Source of the DNA: Vicugna vicugna
Taxonomy: Eukaryota
Direction: 5' to 3'
Assembly: GCA_013265495.1 (NCBI GenBank)
Contig: MU058444.1
Span: 1,674,001-1,738,000 of the forward strand
Length of the DNA stretch: 64,000 nt
Made by a program: the position numbers and the translations under genes. Positions 1 to 13,500 of this stretch are shown piece by piece. Below the pieces are notes generated by a model that searched no databases, was not told the DNA's origin, and saw only the letters and a program-made list of their open reading frames with translations. Each line of letters opens with the position of its first letter. Position 1 is the first letter of the stretch.

Positions 1-1142
1 TGGAAATTGTATCTAATTTGCTGTCTTCTGTGTGTCTTATTTCTTGCCTCTTTAAAAGCAGTTAAATAAATAAGAATGTATATTAAATAAAATGAATAAT
101 GGATAAAAATAATACATGGAACTCTATAACAAAATATAATTAAAATGTACAAATAATAATAGTTCACCCATGAAGTTTTTATAGTTCAAAAAATTCTCAG
201 AAAAAAAGAATTCTAAGATTTTTTTCCCTCACGTTGAAGTCATCCCAGAAACTACTGTTTAAACATCAGTCTTTCAACATAAGAAAGTGTGTTTAATGGT
301 TGTGGCTATTGTTTGCTTAAAAATGAGAAATTCTAACATGGGAGAAGTACGCTACAAACTGGAACATCACTGCTGAAAGGCTCTTAACATGACTCACACC
401 GTGACCCCAGAGAGGGACAGGTGTGCCTGGCTCTCACACCTTGGGGAGTTATTTCCGCGGACAATTTCCCACACATTGCTAAGGAGACACTGCCAGACAA
501 AAGGCAGCAGTGTTTCTTAGGGAAGGATAACACTGTTTAAGGAGCAATTTCTTTGACAAAACGCCTAGGAAGTCTGCATTTGACAAGATGAGCCCCACTA
601 GGGAGCATGTCCCCGTTTTTCCTACCATAACGGAAATCAGCTTTTCCAAAACCAACACGGTAATGCACCAGACCTAAAGATCATTTTCCCTTTAAATACT
701 ATACCCGTCTGCAAAGTAAATTTCCAGGAGAACGAACAGCCTCACACTTTCATGCAAAATTGAAGATAAAACAAATGTAAAGGACCAAATTTCTATCTTT
801 GTGAGGTTTTTCTCTACCTTCATGTAAACACATTTTAGTCTTGGTCAATTGCATATAGATAGACTTGAGATTTCGACAAAAGTTCATTAAGTATTTTAAA
901 TATGCCAAGAGAAGTGAACCTATTTGCAAATACAACTTCGTATTAGCATTTATGGCGATAGTAAAGGGTATTTAGCCAGAGAAAAACATTAAAGCGCACA
1001 CAACCCAAAAGGATGATATGATGTCACACTTCCATTTTCCCTAACCAACGTCACAAAAACTCATTCGTTCTCCTGGAGTAGGGAGCTTTTGTCTCTACGA
1101 CCTTTGTGTCCTCTTTTTTGATCTTCCTGGATCACAGTCTCT

Positions 1143-1297
1143 TTGTTGGGTTTTTTTGGGGGGGGGGTTGGTTAATTAAGTCTATTTATATTATTATTTT
1201 TAATTTTATTTATTTTTTTAATGGAGGCACTGGGGACTGAACCCAGGACCTCATGTATGCTAAGCATGTGCTCTATCACTGAGCTACACCCTCCCCC
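1143..1297 (-). mobile_element. tRNA-derived camelid-type SINE (Vic-1-like)
   Basis: Reverse complement of GGGGAGGGTGTAGCTCAGTGATAGAGCACATGCTTAGCATACATGAGGTCCTGGGTTCAGTCCCCAG (A/B boxes) with an A-rich tail. Near-TSD cctggatc(ac)agtctct on both sides. Confidence 0.85.
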
Positions 1298-1314
1298 CTG
1301 GATCAGTCTCTGTA

Positions 1315-1487
1315 TCATTAGTTATCAAACTTTACATCAGAACCCCATACAGAAGCCACTGAAAACACAGTTCCTGGGCTTCGGCTGCTGATTCTGATTT
1401 GTAAGGATAAGCCCAGGAAACTGAATTTTAATAAGCAATCTCTGGTGTTTCTCGCTACGGTTCTCTGGATCATAGTGTAGTAACAGT
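1315..1487. mobile_element. Degenerate MER5-like hAT MITE
   Basis: ttatcaaactt...acatcagaa...attctgattt gtaag...gcccaggaaactgaattttaataagc...tctggatcatagtgtagtaaca follows the MER5 motif order. Confidence 0.5.
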
Positions 1488-1488
1488 G

Positions 1489-1524
<36 letters not shown>

Positions 1525-1533
1525 ATATATATA
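1489..1533. repeat. Compound (CT)n(ATCT)n(AT)n microsatellite
   Basis: Read directly. Confidence 0.9.
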
Positions 1534-4500
1534 TTTTTTTTCTATAAAGACTCTCTTGAGTCTTTAAATATATAGTCATCAAGAAGTGTCTGACTTCTGG
1601 TTTCCTACCAATTGAATTTTCAAATAATCCATTTTATGCCTCTCTGGTTAAACACGACCATAGATCACTTGCCCACCAATCTTTAAACCTTCATCAAAAT
1701 TCATAATATTCTGCCCTTCATGATTAACTTCACTTGTCTTCACGTGTCTTCACTTGTCTCGACCGGCTTTTCAGAGCCGTAATCCACCAAAGGGTTTCGA
1801 CGTATATACCTCTGCGCGGTATGCTCACTGAGTGGATTGCCTGTTTCCCTACCTGGGGAATAAATATTCCATCCAAAAACACCTGGGGCGATGCTGCACA
1901 CTCTGTGATTGCTTAACAAACGTTAGCACCTGACTACACATCTCAGTAAGACTCTGCAACAACTCTAAAGCTCCCTAGTGTGGTTTCAAGTCACTTTTAA
2001 GATCTATTGTTCAGAAGTTCTTCATACTTCACCCAAATCCATCCATTAAGTGCCTTCTTTTCACGTAGACAGCAGAAAGGAAAAAAGTTCTATGACCACA
2101 AAGAAATTATTCATAGCTTTTAGAACAGAGAAACCATATGCGACTCCTTTGCCCTGATTTAACTTTAATCAAATTACTCTCTCTACTTTGTATGCCAGAA
2201 GTATTTTCACTGAAAAAGCCTGGTACCTATGTTCTAATTAAATTACTGAAAGAAATTTATATTCTAGTATTTTGTGTTGATAATTTCCATTGGATTAAAC
2301 TCATTGTGAACCATCGGAGTAGTACATGGCTTCTGGAACGTATTCATAAACACTGGTCTATTCAAGATTAATATAACCTTTTGTTAAAGTACACCTTGCT
2401 TTGTTTTCTCCAACCCCCAAAGTGTGTATCTTTGCCAAAAGCATTTCAAAGCCACAATCTTTTAAACCACCAAAATGAAAACAAGCAACACCCCTATGAC
2501 TTAACTGTGTCTAAACAACAGAGCACTTCAGCTCATATTCAAAGTTACAGAAATCATTGTACAAACATGTAAATATCTAGAACTATTGGCCATCAATTAC
2601 CTAACTATTCGATGCTGACCTGGATCTCAACAATAAAAATGCATTTTTATATAAAGCAAAATTTTCAAGTGCTCTTTCTCAGAAATTCCCCATCTGTGTT
2701 TTCACATCCCTTAAACACACCCAGAACATAAATATGATTTGTATTATTTGTGACAGTGTTAACTCACAGAGATATTAAACCTCTGTGTAGTGCTCAATGT
2801 GGCACACTCTCAAGCATTTTGAAAAGATTTTTTAAACATAAAAAACAAGAAAGAGATCTTTCAAAAGAAATGACCTAGTTACCAAAGTGTGCATTCATCA
2901 GATCCTATAAAAGTATAGTTTCCACACTCGTGAAAGCAGGTTGAATGTAAAACATCCTCACTTCGTCTGCTAAAAATAACCATTTTAATGGATCATGAAC
3001 CGAGAATTAAAATAAATATGCCTTATCTTGATCAACACTGTTTTCTCCATTCTGCATTTTCATGCTTTGCTAATGGAGAACGTAGTTGGACTAATTCAAG
3101 AATGTTGTATAAGTACCTTCTACCAAAGATTTTTAATGGAAGTACACAAAATCACCCCTGCCCCCGGAATGACTACCAAACAAAACTGTAAAGTCGAAAA
3201 CCATGAAATCCAGACTCAATACCGTATACAGATGGTGGTACAGACGGTGGTGTAACTTTCCTCTCACCCACTCTCTTCAAGACAGAGTTGGACGCCACCC
3301 ATCCCCATGCCGGTGGGAACCCTGAGCCCCGGGGGGCAACAATGCCTTTCTGTTTACTTGGAGGAGATATTACCCGTCTGAGAATTAATCGTGCATCATT
3401 TCATACGTTCAGCTGAATTTAGTCCTCTTGTCACTTCTGGGCTCGAGACAGCCTCTTTCAAACAATAAAGAAATGAAGAAAGAAGAAAGAAAACGATTCA
3501 AATAAGTGAACTTTAATGCTTATTAATGGTCTTACAATGAGCACATTTGAAATGATTTCTTCAAAAAAAATCAGTAACAAGAATGAGCACAGGCACAGAG
3601 CTTCTAAATTTCAAGTCTATGGTGTTGCTCCATGAAGTCATTTGATGACGGTCTGGTGCTACAATAGCAGTGAAATCGCTTGTAGTAGAAAGTACGCAGA
3701 TCCACAGTCCAACCTCGTGGGACTTTATTAACTAGTTTATACAGATAATCGGCCAACCTTGGCTTTGTAAAGTTAAAAGAAAAAGATTAAAAAAATTTTT
3801 CCAGTCATTACAAAATGCCAAATGCCGTATTTGGGGAGACCAAAAATGCTGTAGCTATTACTTAAAAATTGAGCCACTCCTGCAGACTCACTGGACATTT
3901 ACATGATTTAATTTAGATAAACCCTACTTCAAAGGGCATTCGGACTGTCAGTCTCAGTCAGGTTTGGAGACATAACCCTGGAACTAGCAAGTTGTCATTA
4001 CAATAACAAATGCAATTGACTGTTCAAAATGTTCTGAACTGGTAAGCGTGGGTTGCTTTCCCACGAAGCAGTGCCATGTGCAATTCTTAACAGCAGGTAT
4101 CAGGTTAAGATTGCTTCACTCAGCATGCACCAAGGGTGCGCCACTCCTGGTTCCTGAAAGAGGAGTGGGGCAAAATAAGTTACAAATATGTACCGACTTT
4201 AAAAAGCTTGCCACACAATTGCAAATCAAATAACCCAAATCAAATAAGAACCCCGTCCCAACTTGTGCAATTTTTTTCCTCTTACTTTTCTTCTCAATCT
4301 AAATAAAAAAAATGTAGTCAAGTGGGTAAATAAAGACACCTCCACATTAATAAAAGTGGATTATTCTGTGTGGGAAACCACCATGACAGCTCAACATTAA
4401 CCTCCCCCAAGGACTGACTGCATGTCTTTGGCCTCTGTGCATAAAAGGACATGTCACCTAATCACACAGCAGAGAAGGTGGTAAAATAAAAGAACTACTT

Positions 4501-5754
4501 GACTCTTAAGTAACTGGCTTGGCCCCCCTCAGCAGTTAACATACGCCATAAAGACCAGGGCAACATGCAGTTCAGCAAGAATTTGAAAAAGAGGAAAAGA
4601 AACAAAAGTGTCTATGAGCCAATGTCTTCAAACACAGCACAGTGATCCCCATGGCTTCAACCTTGGAAACATGGTACAGCAAACAGGTCCAGAATATGAC
4701 TGAAGACATCTTTAGCTAAGAAAGATGTGCTCACCTCTGTAGGTCCAGAAAACATGGCATCCTTCCTCTCATCGTCGTGGAGTTCCAGGGATCTTGGCTC
4801 AAAGAGTGGAACTGAAGTCTTGTCTACAAGTCTTCACCGTGAGCCATCACCCCCTGTGCACTGGGGGGCAGGCTGGGGAACAGAGAGCTAGCGAGGGGTG
4901 GCTTGGGTTCTGCCTGAAGGGAAATGCCACACTAAACACAAGACATCATCGGGCCACTGCTCTGTCTTCCCATCCACCTACCTGCCTGAGGGAAACTTCG
5001 ACTGAATTGGTGAGAAGGTAGGAATCCGCATTTCCAGCACCTGAGGATTCCTTGAAGCCACCTGATTGTTCCCCGTTCCCTGGCACAAAATTGCAAATGC
5101 AGTCTGACCAGCTTAACGTATTTGAAAAAGAAACATTGCCAAATACTCAAAAGCCAGGTCTTAATTTTTTTTTTATAATGTATTACCAAAACAAGAACAG
5201 GTTCACAGGAGAAAATAAAATACAGACAAGCAAAAATGGAACATAGCAGATGTCAAAAAGCAACCTGGAGGAAAAAATTAAGCGAAGTGACGGGAACATG
5301 ATTAAACCACGTATTTGCCATATAAATCCTTTCTTATGCACACATATTCAAAGAGTATTATATGTTTATACTACAGTTTATATTCATAATCCATTAGTAT
5401 CAGACATTTAGGTTGTTCCAATTTTTTGACATGAGGAACAGTACAGAGAAGACATACCGGCTGACAATTAACTAAATAGAATAATGTAAAAATGTAAAAA
5501 AACACTAAGTGGAGAAAAAGAAGTTTTTGAAAAACAAACGAGAGTTTAACAAAATTGATGAATCCGAAAATTTGAGTGATTATGGAGCCTTCCTTTTAAG
5601 CAAATTGTCATTTAAACCTGTTGATCGACTTGCTTTGAGCCCAAATGTTTTGATCTAAGGAGGATGTGATACATACCAGGATGCACTCATGTGGCTTTAC
5701 AGAGCTTCACTACATAAGTGATTGTTCAAGGTCAGACTAGATGAGGAGCCCAGG

Positions 5755-6183
5755 GAACTAGTCTCCTACGGCTGGGGTAAAAGTTGGCCATGAACTTGGT
5801 AGTTTAAAGCAACAGAACGCTCTTCAATCTCAGTTCTGGGGGCTGGAAGTCTGAAGTCTAGATGGAACTGCACTCCCCGCCGAGGCTCTAGGAGAGGGAG
5901 AATCCACCTCTGGCCTTTTCCGACTTCTGCCAGCATCCCTTGACTTGTGGCCGCATCACTCCCACCTCACTGCCTCCTCTGAGAAACTTCAGTTCTGCTC
6001 TTACATCCTTTCAACTGATAAGATCACCCTCCCCTTAGACAAAATTCAGAATAATCTTCCCATCACATGATCCTTGATTTAACCACATCTGCAAAGACCC
6101 TTTCTCCACATGCAATAACATTTACAAGTTTTAGTTACTAGGATCTGATATCCTAGCAGGGGGAGCAGTTTCCAACCTACTGT
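5755..6183 (-). mobile_element. MaLR LTR (MLT1-like)
   Basis: gtttaaagcaacaga...cagttctgggggctggaagtctgaagtc...gaggctctaggaga...gacttgtggccgcatcactcc...acatctgcaaagaccctttctcca is typical of MLT1 antisense. Confidence 0.75.
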
Positions 6184-6608
6184 ACCGAATATTTACAGAA
6201 AGAAATTCTGTAATTAAATGCCTCTGCTCTTGTCCCATTTGAAAATTTCGTGGATATTTCTACAACTTTCTAAATCTGAACATCTCACTTCCCCATTTAA
6301 AACCTTTGAGTGGCGGCAACTACTCTCAGATTTAAGTCCAAACAGCACAGACACACAGGCCCTTCCTGATTTGGTGTCTCCTTACCCCGACAAGCTCATC
6401 CAGTATTTCTATCCCATCACCTCCGGAGTTCCTAGGCAATCTGAACTAGTAACAGCCTCTCCCAAAGTGTCATGATTCCTCTTACTTCTATGTTGCAGAA
6501 CACGTTACACGTTCCTGCCTTGGCAGGCCCAGCCACCAGACAACTCTAATTTATCCTCCAGAATTTGGCCAATTGGGCATCTTGTTTCAGAATATACCCC
6601 TAAACTCT

Positions 6609-6746
6609 TTTTTTTTCTTTACTAAAGTCTAGACAGTTTATAATGAAGTGTCAGTTTCTGGTGCACAGCATTACACTTCAGTCATACATGAACATGCACG
6701 TATTTGTTTTCATATTCTTTTTCATCGTAAGTTACTATATGATATT
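6609..6746 (-). mobile_element. Short 5'-truncated L1 3' end
   Basis: Poly-T followed by gtgtcagtttctggtgcacagca. Near-identical 19-bp flanks gaatatacccctaaactct / gaatatatccctagactct (TSD). Confidence 0.85.
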
Positions 6747-9389
6747 GAATATATCCCTAGACTCTAAATGGGTAAATTTTATACAGCAGTATGTGAATTA
6801 GATCTTAATAGATAGTGATTTTTAAAAAGGCTGAATCCCTTTCAGTAATGTCCCCAAAACCCATTCAGTGTCACACACGTCCCCTACAACTTGGCAAGGC
6901 TCCCCGTCCTCACCTCACCCCACGCCTGCCTCTGTTAACATGTATACGATGTACTCATCTATCGGCGCATTTGACTTACTGAGGGAAGGACCATGACAAA
7001 TTAATCTGCATTTTCTCCTCAATTAGCATGCTGCCTGGCACGAAGAGACAGCTGATGCTGGCTGAATGAATGACTAAAAGATGATAATCTTTAAACACAG
7101 CGAGACGTGGTTGAAACCAGTCATAATAAATTCAGCAAGTGTCAGAACTGAGTTTATCACCTGGGTTGAGGTTAACTGCATATAATTTGCCACTTAGAAA
7201 ATTACTAAATTACCAAAAGGGACTAAATTACTAGGACTGACCAGAACCAGCCTTTAAATTTAAATTTCAAACTACAGGCATGTGAATATAATTGTACTTT
7301 AAAGCAGGAGAGTCACTTGCCAATGAAATACATTCTGTTTCCTCAGTCTGAATTCCAAGAGTTAGTGTTCATATTTATCAATCTGCTTACAGGGATAAAC
7401 TAGCATCCAGCTACTATAAGCTGTGTTTAATTAGCTTTAAAGCATTTTTCTGAGAGCTTCTGTCTTTCCAACTTCAGCTCCATTAATGTTCTTGGCTGCC
7501 ACATTACAGAACAAATAGTGAACCCATCCTTTTTACTGGAGCCAAATCACTCATCACAAACACTTAAAACCAGCGTCCACATGCAATGGAAGAGCCTTCA
7601 TTTCTTTGCGTCACCATGTATAAAAACCTTCTCCTTTTTTTTTCCTGCTTTTTCACTAATGGTAAAGCTCCATCTTCGTGGGACAGATTTCTAGCAACCA
7701 AGCTGTCATTAACTATCAAAAGAACAGAATAACATAACGCTATACGTTCTTCATTGGGAGAGAAAACAGATCAGAAGAATTCCACCCAGATAACATGGGC
7801 ACATTTTAGATGCTTAAATCGCTTTCTTAGCCAACTGCGTCTCCTGGCACAGGAAACCTGCGTTCCTCTCCACCACCTAGAGGGAAGGACGGAGCAGTGA
7901 GAGGGATGGAGTAAGGAGCCCTTTCTTGGCTTCTCTGGTCCAATCCTCCTGGTTTCCCAATCTGGCTGCTTTCGGAGGAGAGATTACATCTGCATACCTC
8001 CCCTATCCCTTATTCCTTGTCTCAGCGCCTCGCTTGTCTTTTTCTAGAACTCTGTCATTTTGATTTCACTTTTTTATCTCTTTCCTGCCTGTTTCTCCTG
8101 CGAGGCTGTAAGTCCCCCAGTTTCTCTCCTCACTAAACCCACTGCCTTACACCTGCTAGGAATGCAGTGAACGTAGCGAGGAAGGGAGACAAGATAGCAA
8201 AGGTTAAAATCTGAAGGGTTATGTTGCCTGGGATGGAAACAGACACCAGGGCAATAGCTCTATGTTAGGGTCAGGCTTGAATGAATTCGGAGGGAGCAGG
8301 GCAGGCACAGGGCAGGAGCAACTGTCAGTCAGGGAGCAGGCTGCCTGGGGAGGGGACACCCCCGGGGGACCCTTCGTTTCCCACGATGCTTTTCTTTACT
8401 GGGTTTATTACCAGAATCACAACAGTATCATTTTCAAAGCAAAGGCTGTTCACGTTGCATGATGGTTTACAAAGACGGGCTGGTCAGTCTGACCCTTTGG
8501 AACATTGCTTCTGTGGGCAAAGGAGTCACAGATTCCAAGTCACTGACTCACACACACGAAAACAATCAGCTCCAACTCCAGCCCAGCTCTCGTGTCCACT
8601 GTCCCCCACCTCCCTCTCTCTCTCCTTCCTTCTCTCCTCTTCCCTTTCGACATTGTCTCTCCCTCCTTTGTCTCCACTCCTCAGTCCATCTTCCTGTGAG
8701 CACACGTGCACACGCACGCGCACGCACACACACACTCTTTACACTCTGAAACAAGAACATAGACAAAAATCACCCAGTCCCATCCCCAGTTACCAAGTCC
8801 TAGAATTCTCCCTTCAGAGTCGAAATTGCGGGTTGGGGGCCCTGAGCTCACACCACTCTCGCTGAGTCGTCCCCACTCTCCAGGACACCCCCCCTGACGC
8901 CTGGTGCCCAGATGCTGCTTTGTCCAAACAGCCCACGAATCGGCATCCTCATGCTTGGCTCACCTCCTTCCGCCCGCTCTGCACAGCAGTAGCTTATAAT
9001 GGCCTCAAAGCACTTCTTTCCACCAAGTTACTCTTTTTCGCTCACAGGACTTCCATGACGAGTGAATACCGTTGGCTTCCCAAATGCACCGTCAAGGGTC
9101 TCCACGCTGTGACCCTAACCACGCCCCCAACTCTGCTCCCACCGCCCATCACTGGGGACCCTTCACTGCAGCCAGAGACCCAGCTGCCATCGCTTCATTT
9201 CCTGGGCACAGCCCTCACCACCTCCCTGTGTGTCTTCACTCCTACGACCTCTCCCTCTTCCCCTCCCTTCACTCCCAGAAAGTCATGCTCTCACGACCAA
9301 TCCAGCCCCAGACCCTTTGTAAAAATTCCTCAGACACATCACGGCACGAGGTTCTCCTCCTCCCCTCCTTCAGCACTGGGGATAACCCC

Positions 9390-9595
9390 GTGCGTCGAGG
9401 CAGTGTTGTCACAAATGTTTTCACGTGTTTTCTTTGTAAGCCCCACAACAACCCTCCGGAGCAGACGTGATGATTCTGTACACTTGTTCAGATGCAGAGA
9501 AAGGTTTTCAGAGACGTGGAGTGATTTCTCCAAGCTCATACAGCTGGGACGTAACAGAGGCTGTCTTCAAACCCTGGCCTCCTGACTCCATGTTA
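9390..9595 (+). mobile_element. MIR SINE
   Basis: cacaacaaccctccggagcagacgtga...cagatgcaga gaaaggttttcagagacgtggagtgatttctccaagctcatacagctg resembles the MIR core. Strand is tentative. Confidence 0.65.
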
Positions 9596-10477
9596 AACCC
9601 ATGTTTGGCATCTATTGTGAACCGCCTCAGGTTGGTAATTATACGCATCCTTTTTTCTGTCTTTTGTACTAGATGATGGAGTTGCAGGCAGTAGTGAGGT
9701 AGAGCACTTGCCCCAGTGCATCATAACACACAAGATGGGAATTCAGTGAATATTTGATGATTAGATTCTAAAAACACTTCTATCCGTCCACCCTCTGAGG
9801 AAGCCCTGGTGGTTCCTCTCCTCCTCTATGTCCAGTATCTCCAGTCTGAGCACCCACCTGAACACTGTGTGACAAACTGCAATATGGTATCTTGGCTATG
9901 ATTAATTTCTTAGCCCATTTCCCCCTAAATAAATTGCAAATTCCCTGAAGACAGGTGCCTGGGACAAATAAAAGGAGACCTGCTGGTATTGAGATGTCAG
10001 CCTAAGCTGGCCATGAGTTATGAGAATAAACGGTGGGGAAATCTTTTATTTCCAAAACTCATCTGAAGTTAAGTCATCCAGCAAACTCACTAAAAATGCT
10101 TATTTCCAGGATTCAGATTCAGCACCTTCTTAATGAGATTGAACCCACGATCCCAGGAAACACAATGAACAGCAAAGGGGCAAAGTGACACTGATTAAAG
10201 ACTCAGGCAAGACCACGCGGCTTGTGTTGGCGGGGGCGCGCACTCTGTGATCCACACTGCATGTCAATTTCCTCGGCACAAACCTCTCCCTAATTGGTAA
10301 AAGGGGGTTGACTATTTTAATACTCTACAGCATTCCATAACAAATGTCTACAACATCCAAATCCAGACGTCCCTGAAGTCGCAGCATAGGGCATCTGGGA
10401 GGAGCATTTAAATAGGCAAGGATTTCATGACCCGAGAAGAACTTTGTCCTTTAGAACAGAATCGAGAAGGTACTCAC

Positions 10478-10531
10478 AGGCTCTCCCCGTGGTCCATCCT
10501 GCCCCGGGGCACCCGGAGGTCCAGCTTCTCC
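10478..10531 (-). CDS. COL21A1: COL21A1 exon, 54 nt ([18 protein letters not shown])
   Basis: ttctttttatcgtgaaaag|GGAGAA...GAGCCT|gtgagt; 6 triplets continuing the previous exon after a 21.7-kb intron. Confidence 0.93.
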
Positions 10532-13500
10532 CTTTTCACGATAAAAAGAAGAGAGAATTCCATTTTCAGGTACGCATACTAAAATAATAATCTATAACAT
10601 TACACAGAAAAGCACATTAGATACAAACAAAATAAAAATAACTTCTGATGAATTGATATTAATTTCTCTTGACAACTTATTCTGAAATTCATAAAGTGAC
10701 TCTATAAATACCAAATCTATACGTGACAGCAGATAACTGAGTTGTTTTAAAATAACTGTGGTACTTGCATACTCGTTCTTATGAGGACAGGATTATTATC
10801 CTCAAAGTAAAATGTGACTCACATCACATTGATATCAGCCCTTTTCATTTTTATTTTTACTTTAAAACTGGTCATCCTGTTGGACATAATGGGACCTTGC
10901 CTCCCACAGACTGCATTTTAAAATCACAACAAAACCTTGCATTAAGAATGGAGTTATCATCATCGTCATCAACAGATGACTGGATAAAGATGTGGTATAC
11001 ATATTCAGTGGAACACTACTCAGCCATAAAAAAGAATAAAATAATGCCATTTGCAGCAACATGGATGGACCTGGAGATTGTCATTCTAAGTGAAGTAAGC
11101 CAGGAAGAGAAAGAAAAATGCCATATGACATCATTTATATGAGGAAGCTAAAAAATAATTACAGTAAGGACACAAATGGACTAATTATCATTTTGATTTC
11201 TTGAGTATGTGCGAGCACACTGACTGTCCTTTATGACTGAATTACCACATTCTGTTGATTCTTATTTTGTGGTTGGCTTTATTCCTTTGATAACTATGCA
11301 AGTTTAAAAAGCTAAAGCTCTAATCTGTTCTTAGAAACAATAATTAGTACATTTATGTAAACTAAAAAAAGTGCAGTATACTGTATATATGTATTTACAC
11401 TCAATATAATGTGTATGTGCAGTCGAACTATAATAAAAAAAGAAAAGGAAAAAATCCTTTAAAAAAAGAATGGAGTTATTTATAGATTATTATTTGAAAT
11501 TATTTGGCACTTTAGTGTCTATTTAAAATAAACATCTAAAATGTATGTTTTAGGGAGCTGTTAACATTGTTATAGTTTTCAGTTATCTATCTTTAAATGA
11601 CTGTGCTCAAATTATTTATGCACTTTATACCCACTGTCTGGCCAGCTGAATATTTTTTCCCAAATGCATCAATTGCTAGTGTGTACAAAAGTATCTGACC
11701 TTATACCTACTAAAATGATAAATCACAGCTGAATTTAATCCTAAGAAGTAGAATATTCACTGATCAAAACAGCTATTAAACTGCCTGGACTAAAATAAAG
11801 GGCAGTTGGGGAGAGCATCTTGAAACACACAACCCCTCAAACATTGAGACTTTGATCAGTCATCCAGAGCCATGATGTTCAGCAAATTATTTACATCTTA
11901 ACAAGCAAAGTTCTCTGGAAACAATGATGCCACACTTGCCTCATATCAGGGAGAATATATCCTCCGTGAGAGCAAGAGAGAAAGTAAAATGAAAAACATT
12001 TTTCTCGTAAGTACCAAGTTTAAGGGGGAAAGAGTCTCAGAGTCCACATCTCAAAAGATAAGTCAACGCTTTTGCCATAGTTTCCTATTCTAATGAAATC
12101 CCCAAATTATGCAAAATGAACCACAGCGGGAAGACCCAGTAAAACGTGGCGACCACAACCACCAGTTAGAAAAAAATTCAACCATATCACGTCGTATAAA
12201 CACCGCTTCTCCCACTTCTATGAATTCTGGCATTTCGTTAGCACAGTGAAAATGCCGACTGCAGCCAAAGAGTTCATCTGTCCTGATTTTTGTTTACAAA
12301 CACTAGCTGATCGCTGAGGATAGAAGGAGGAAAGAATAATGCATTCCTGTAAATTAACCAAAGTAGGTGGAGGGGAGATCCCGTAGATCCAACGGTTCTA
12401 CAGAAAAACTTACGAAAGTATCAAAGAGAAATAAAGATGTGTGTTTGCGTCACAAAAGCTGCAAGTTAAAAAAAAAAAAAGCCGGAACAGTTGGAAAGGG
12501 CTGTCAGGTCCCAACATTAGAGGGAAATTGTACAGTAACTGTCCTGAACCCAACACTCACAGCAACCGTCAGGAGGAACCATCCCCGTCGGTGGTTCTCA
12601 AGGACGGTCCCCCATCCAGCCGGTTCAGCCTCACCTCCCTCGGGAACTTCTCCAAAATGCAAAATTGCAAACCTTCCTACAGGCCTTCTGAGTCAGAAGC
12701 TCTGGGTGGTGGGGGTCCAGCAGCCTCTCTGAACAGCTGATTCTAATGATTTGAGAACCACAGCATTGCTGTAAGTCCCGCCTCCAGGGACTCTCAGCTG
12801 TGACTTGTTAAGCAAATCTGTAATTTAGGTCTTCTACACGTATATCAAAGGGGGTAGGACGGTGGTCAAACGGTAGAAACAACTAATTTGGGATTACAAG
12901 ATGACTTTGGCTGGTAAAAATCTCCCCTGTTACTTCTCTGTTAACCCAATCTTAATCTGTTATTCTAATTAGGAGGTTTTTTAAAAAGTAACCATCAGCC
13001 ACATACATCAATAATGAAGTTCCATCCAGTTATTTGAGAATTTAATTTCTTCTTATTCTTTCTACTTCTTGCCAGGAGAAATCATCAGAATGAGAACAAA
13101 GTATCTAAATAAAACAGCATCTTTTTTTTTTTTTTAAATCACGTACAGCAGTGATTCTCAAACTCTGGCTGCCTAAGGATCACCACCTGGAGGGTTTGAT
13201 TAAACTGCAGATTGTGGACCGCACCCCAGAGTGTGTAATTTACCAGGTCTGGGGTGAATCCCACGAATTTGCATTTCTAACAAGTTCCCAGATACTGCTG
13301 GTCTTGAAACCACACTTTGAGAACTACCGCGTTAGCCCAGATCTCACGAAGAGATTCCACACCCTCTCTGCCCTCCCCGCCCGTCTCCGCCTGAGCTAGG
13401 AGGCTTTGTATGGCTTTACACCTGGCACTGAGGTGGTTTTTTTTTAATTACAAAAGATAGTCTCTTTTCATATCAAATTTAAAGGTAAGAAACTTGCCAT

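Noticed and set aside
8281..9585. Long ORFs of 194 and 221 aa
   Set aside because: They run through CT/CA low-complexity sequence and L2/MIR remnants, have no recognisable domain, and are antisense within an intron.
1..10477. Next COL21A1 exon (expected to begin roughly GIPGFPGNRG)
   Set aside because: I found no Gly-X-Y exon with splice sites here by eye; it probably lies beyond the window's left edge.
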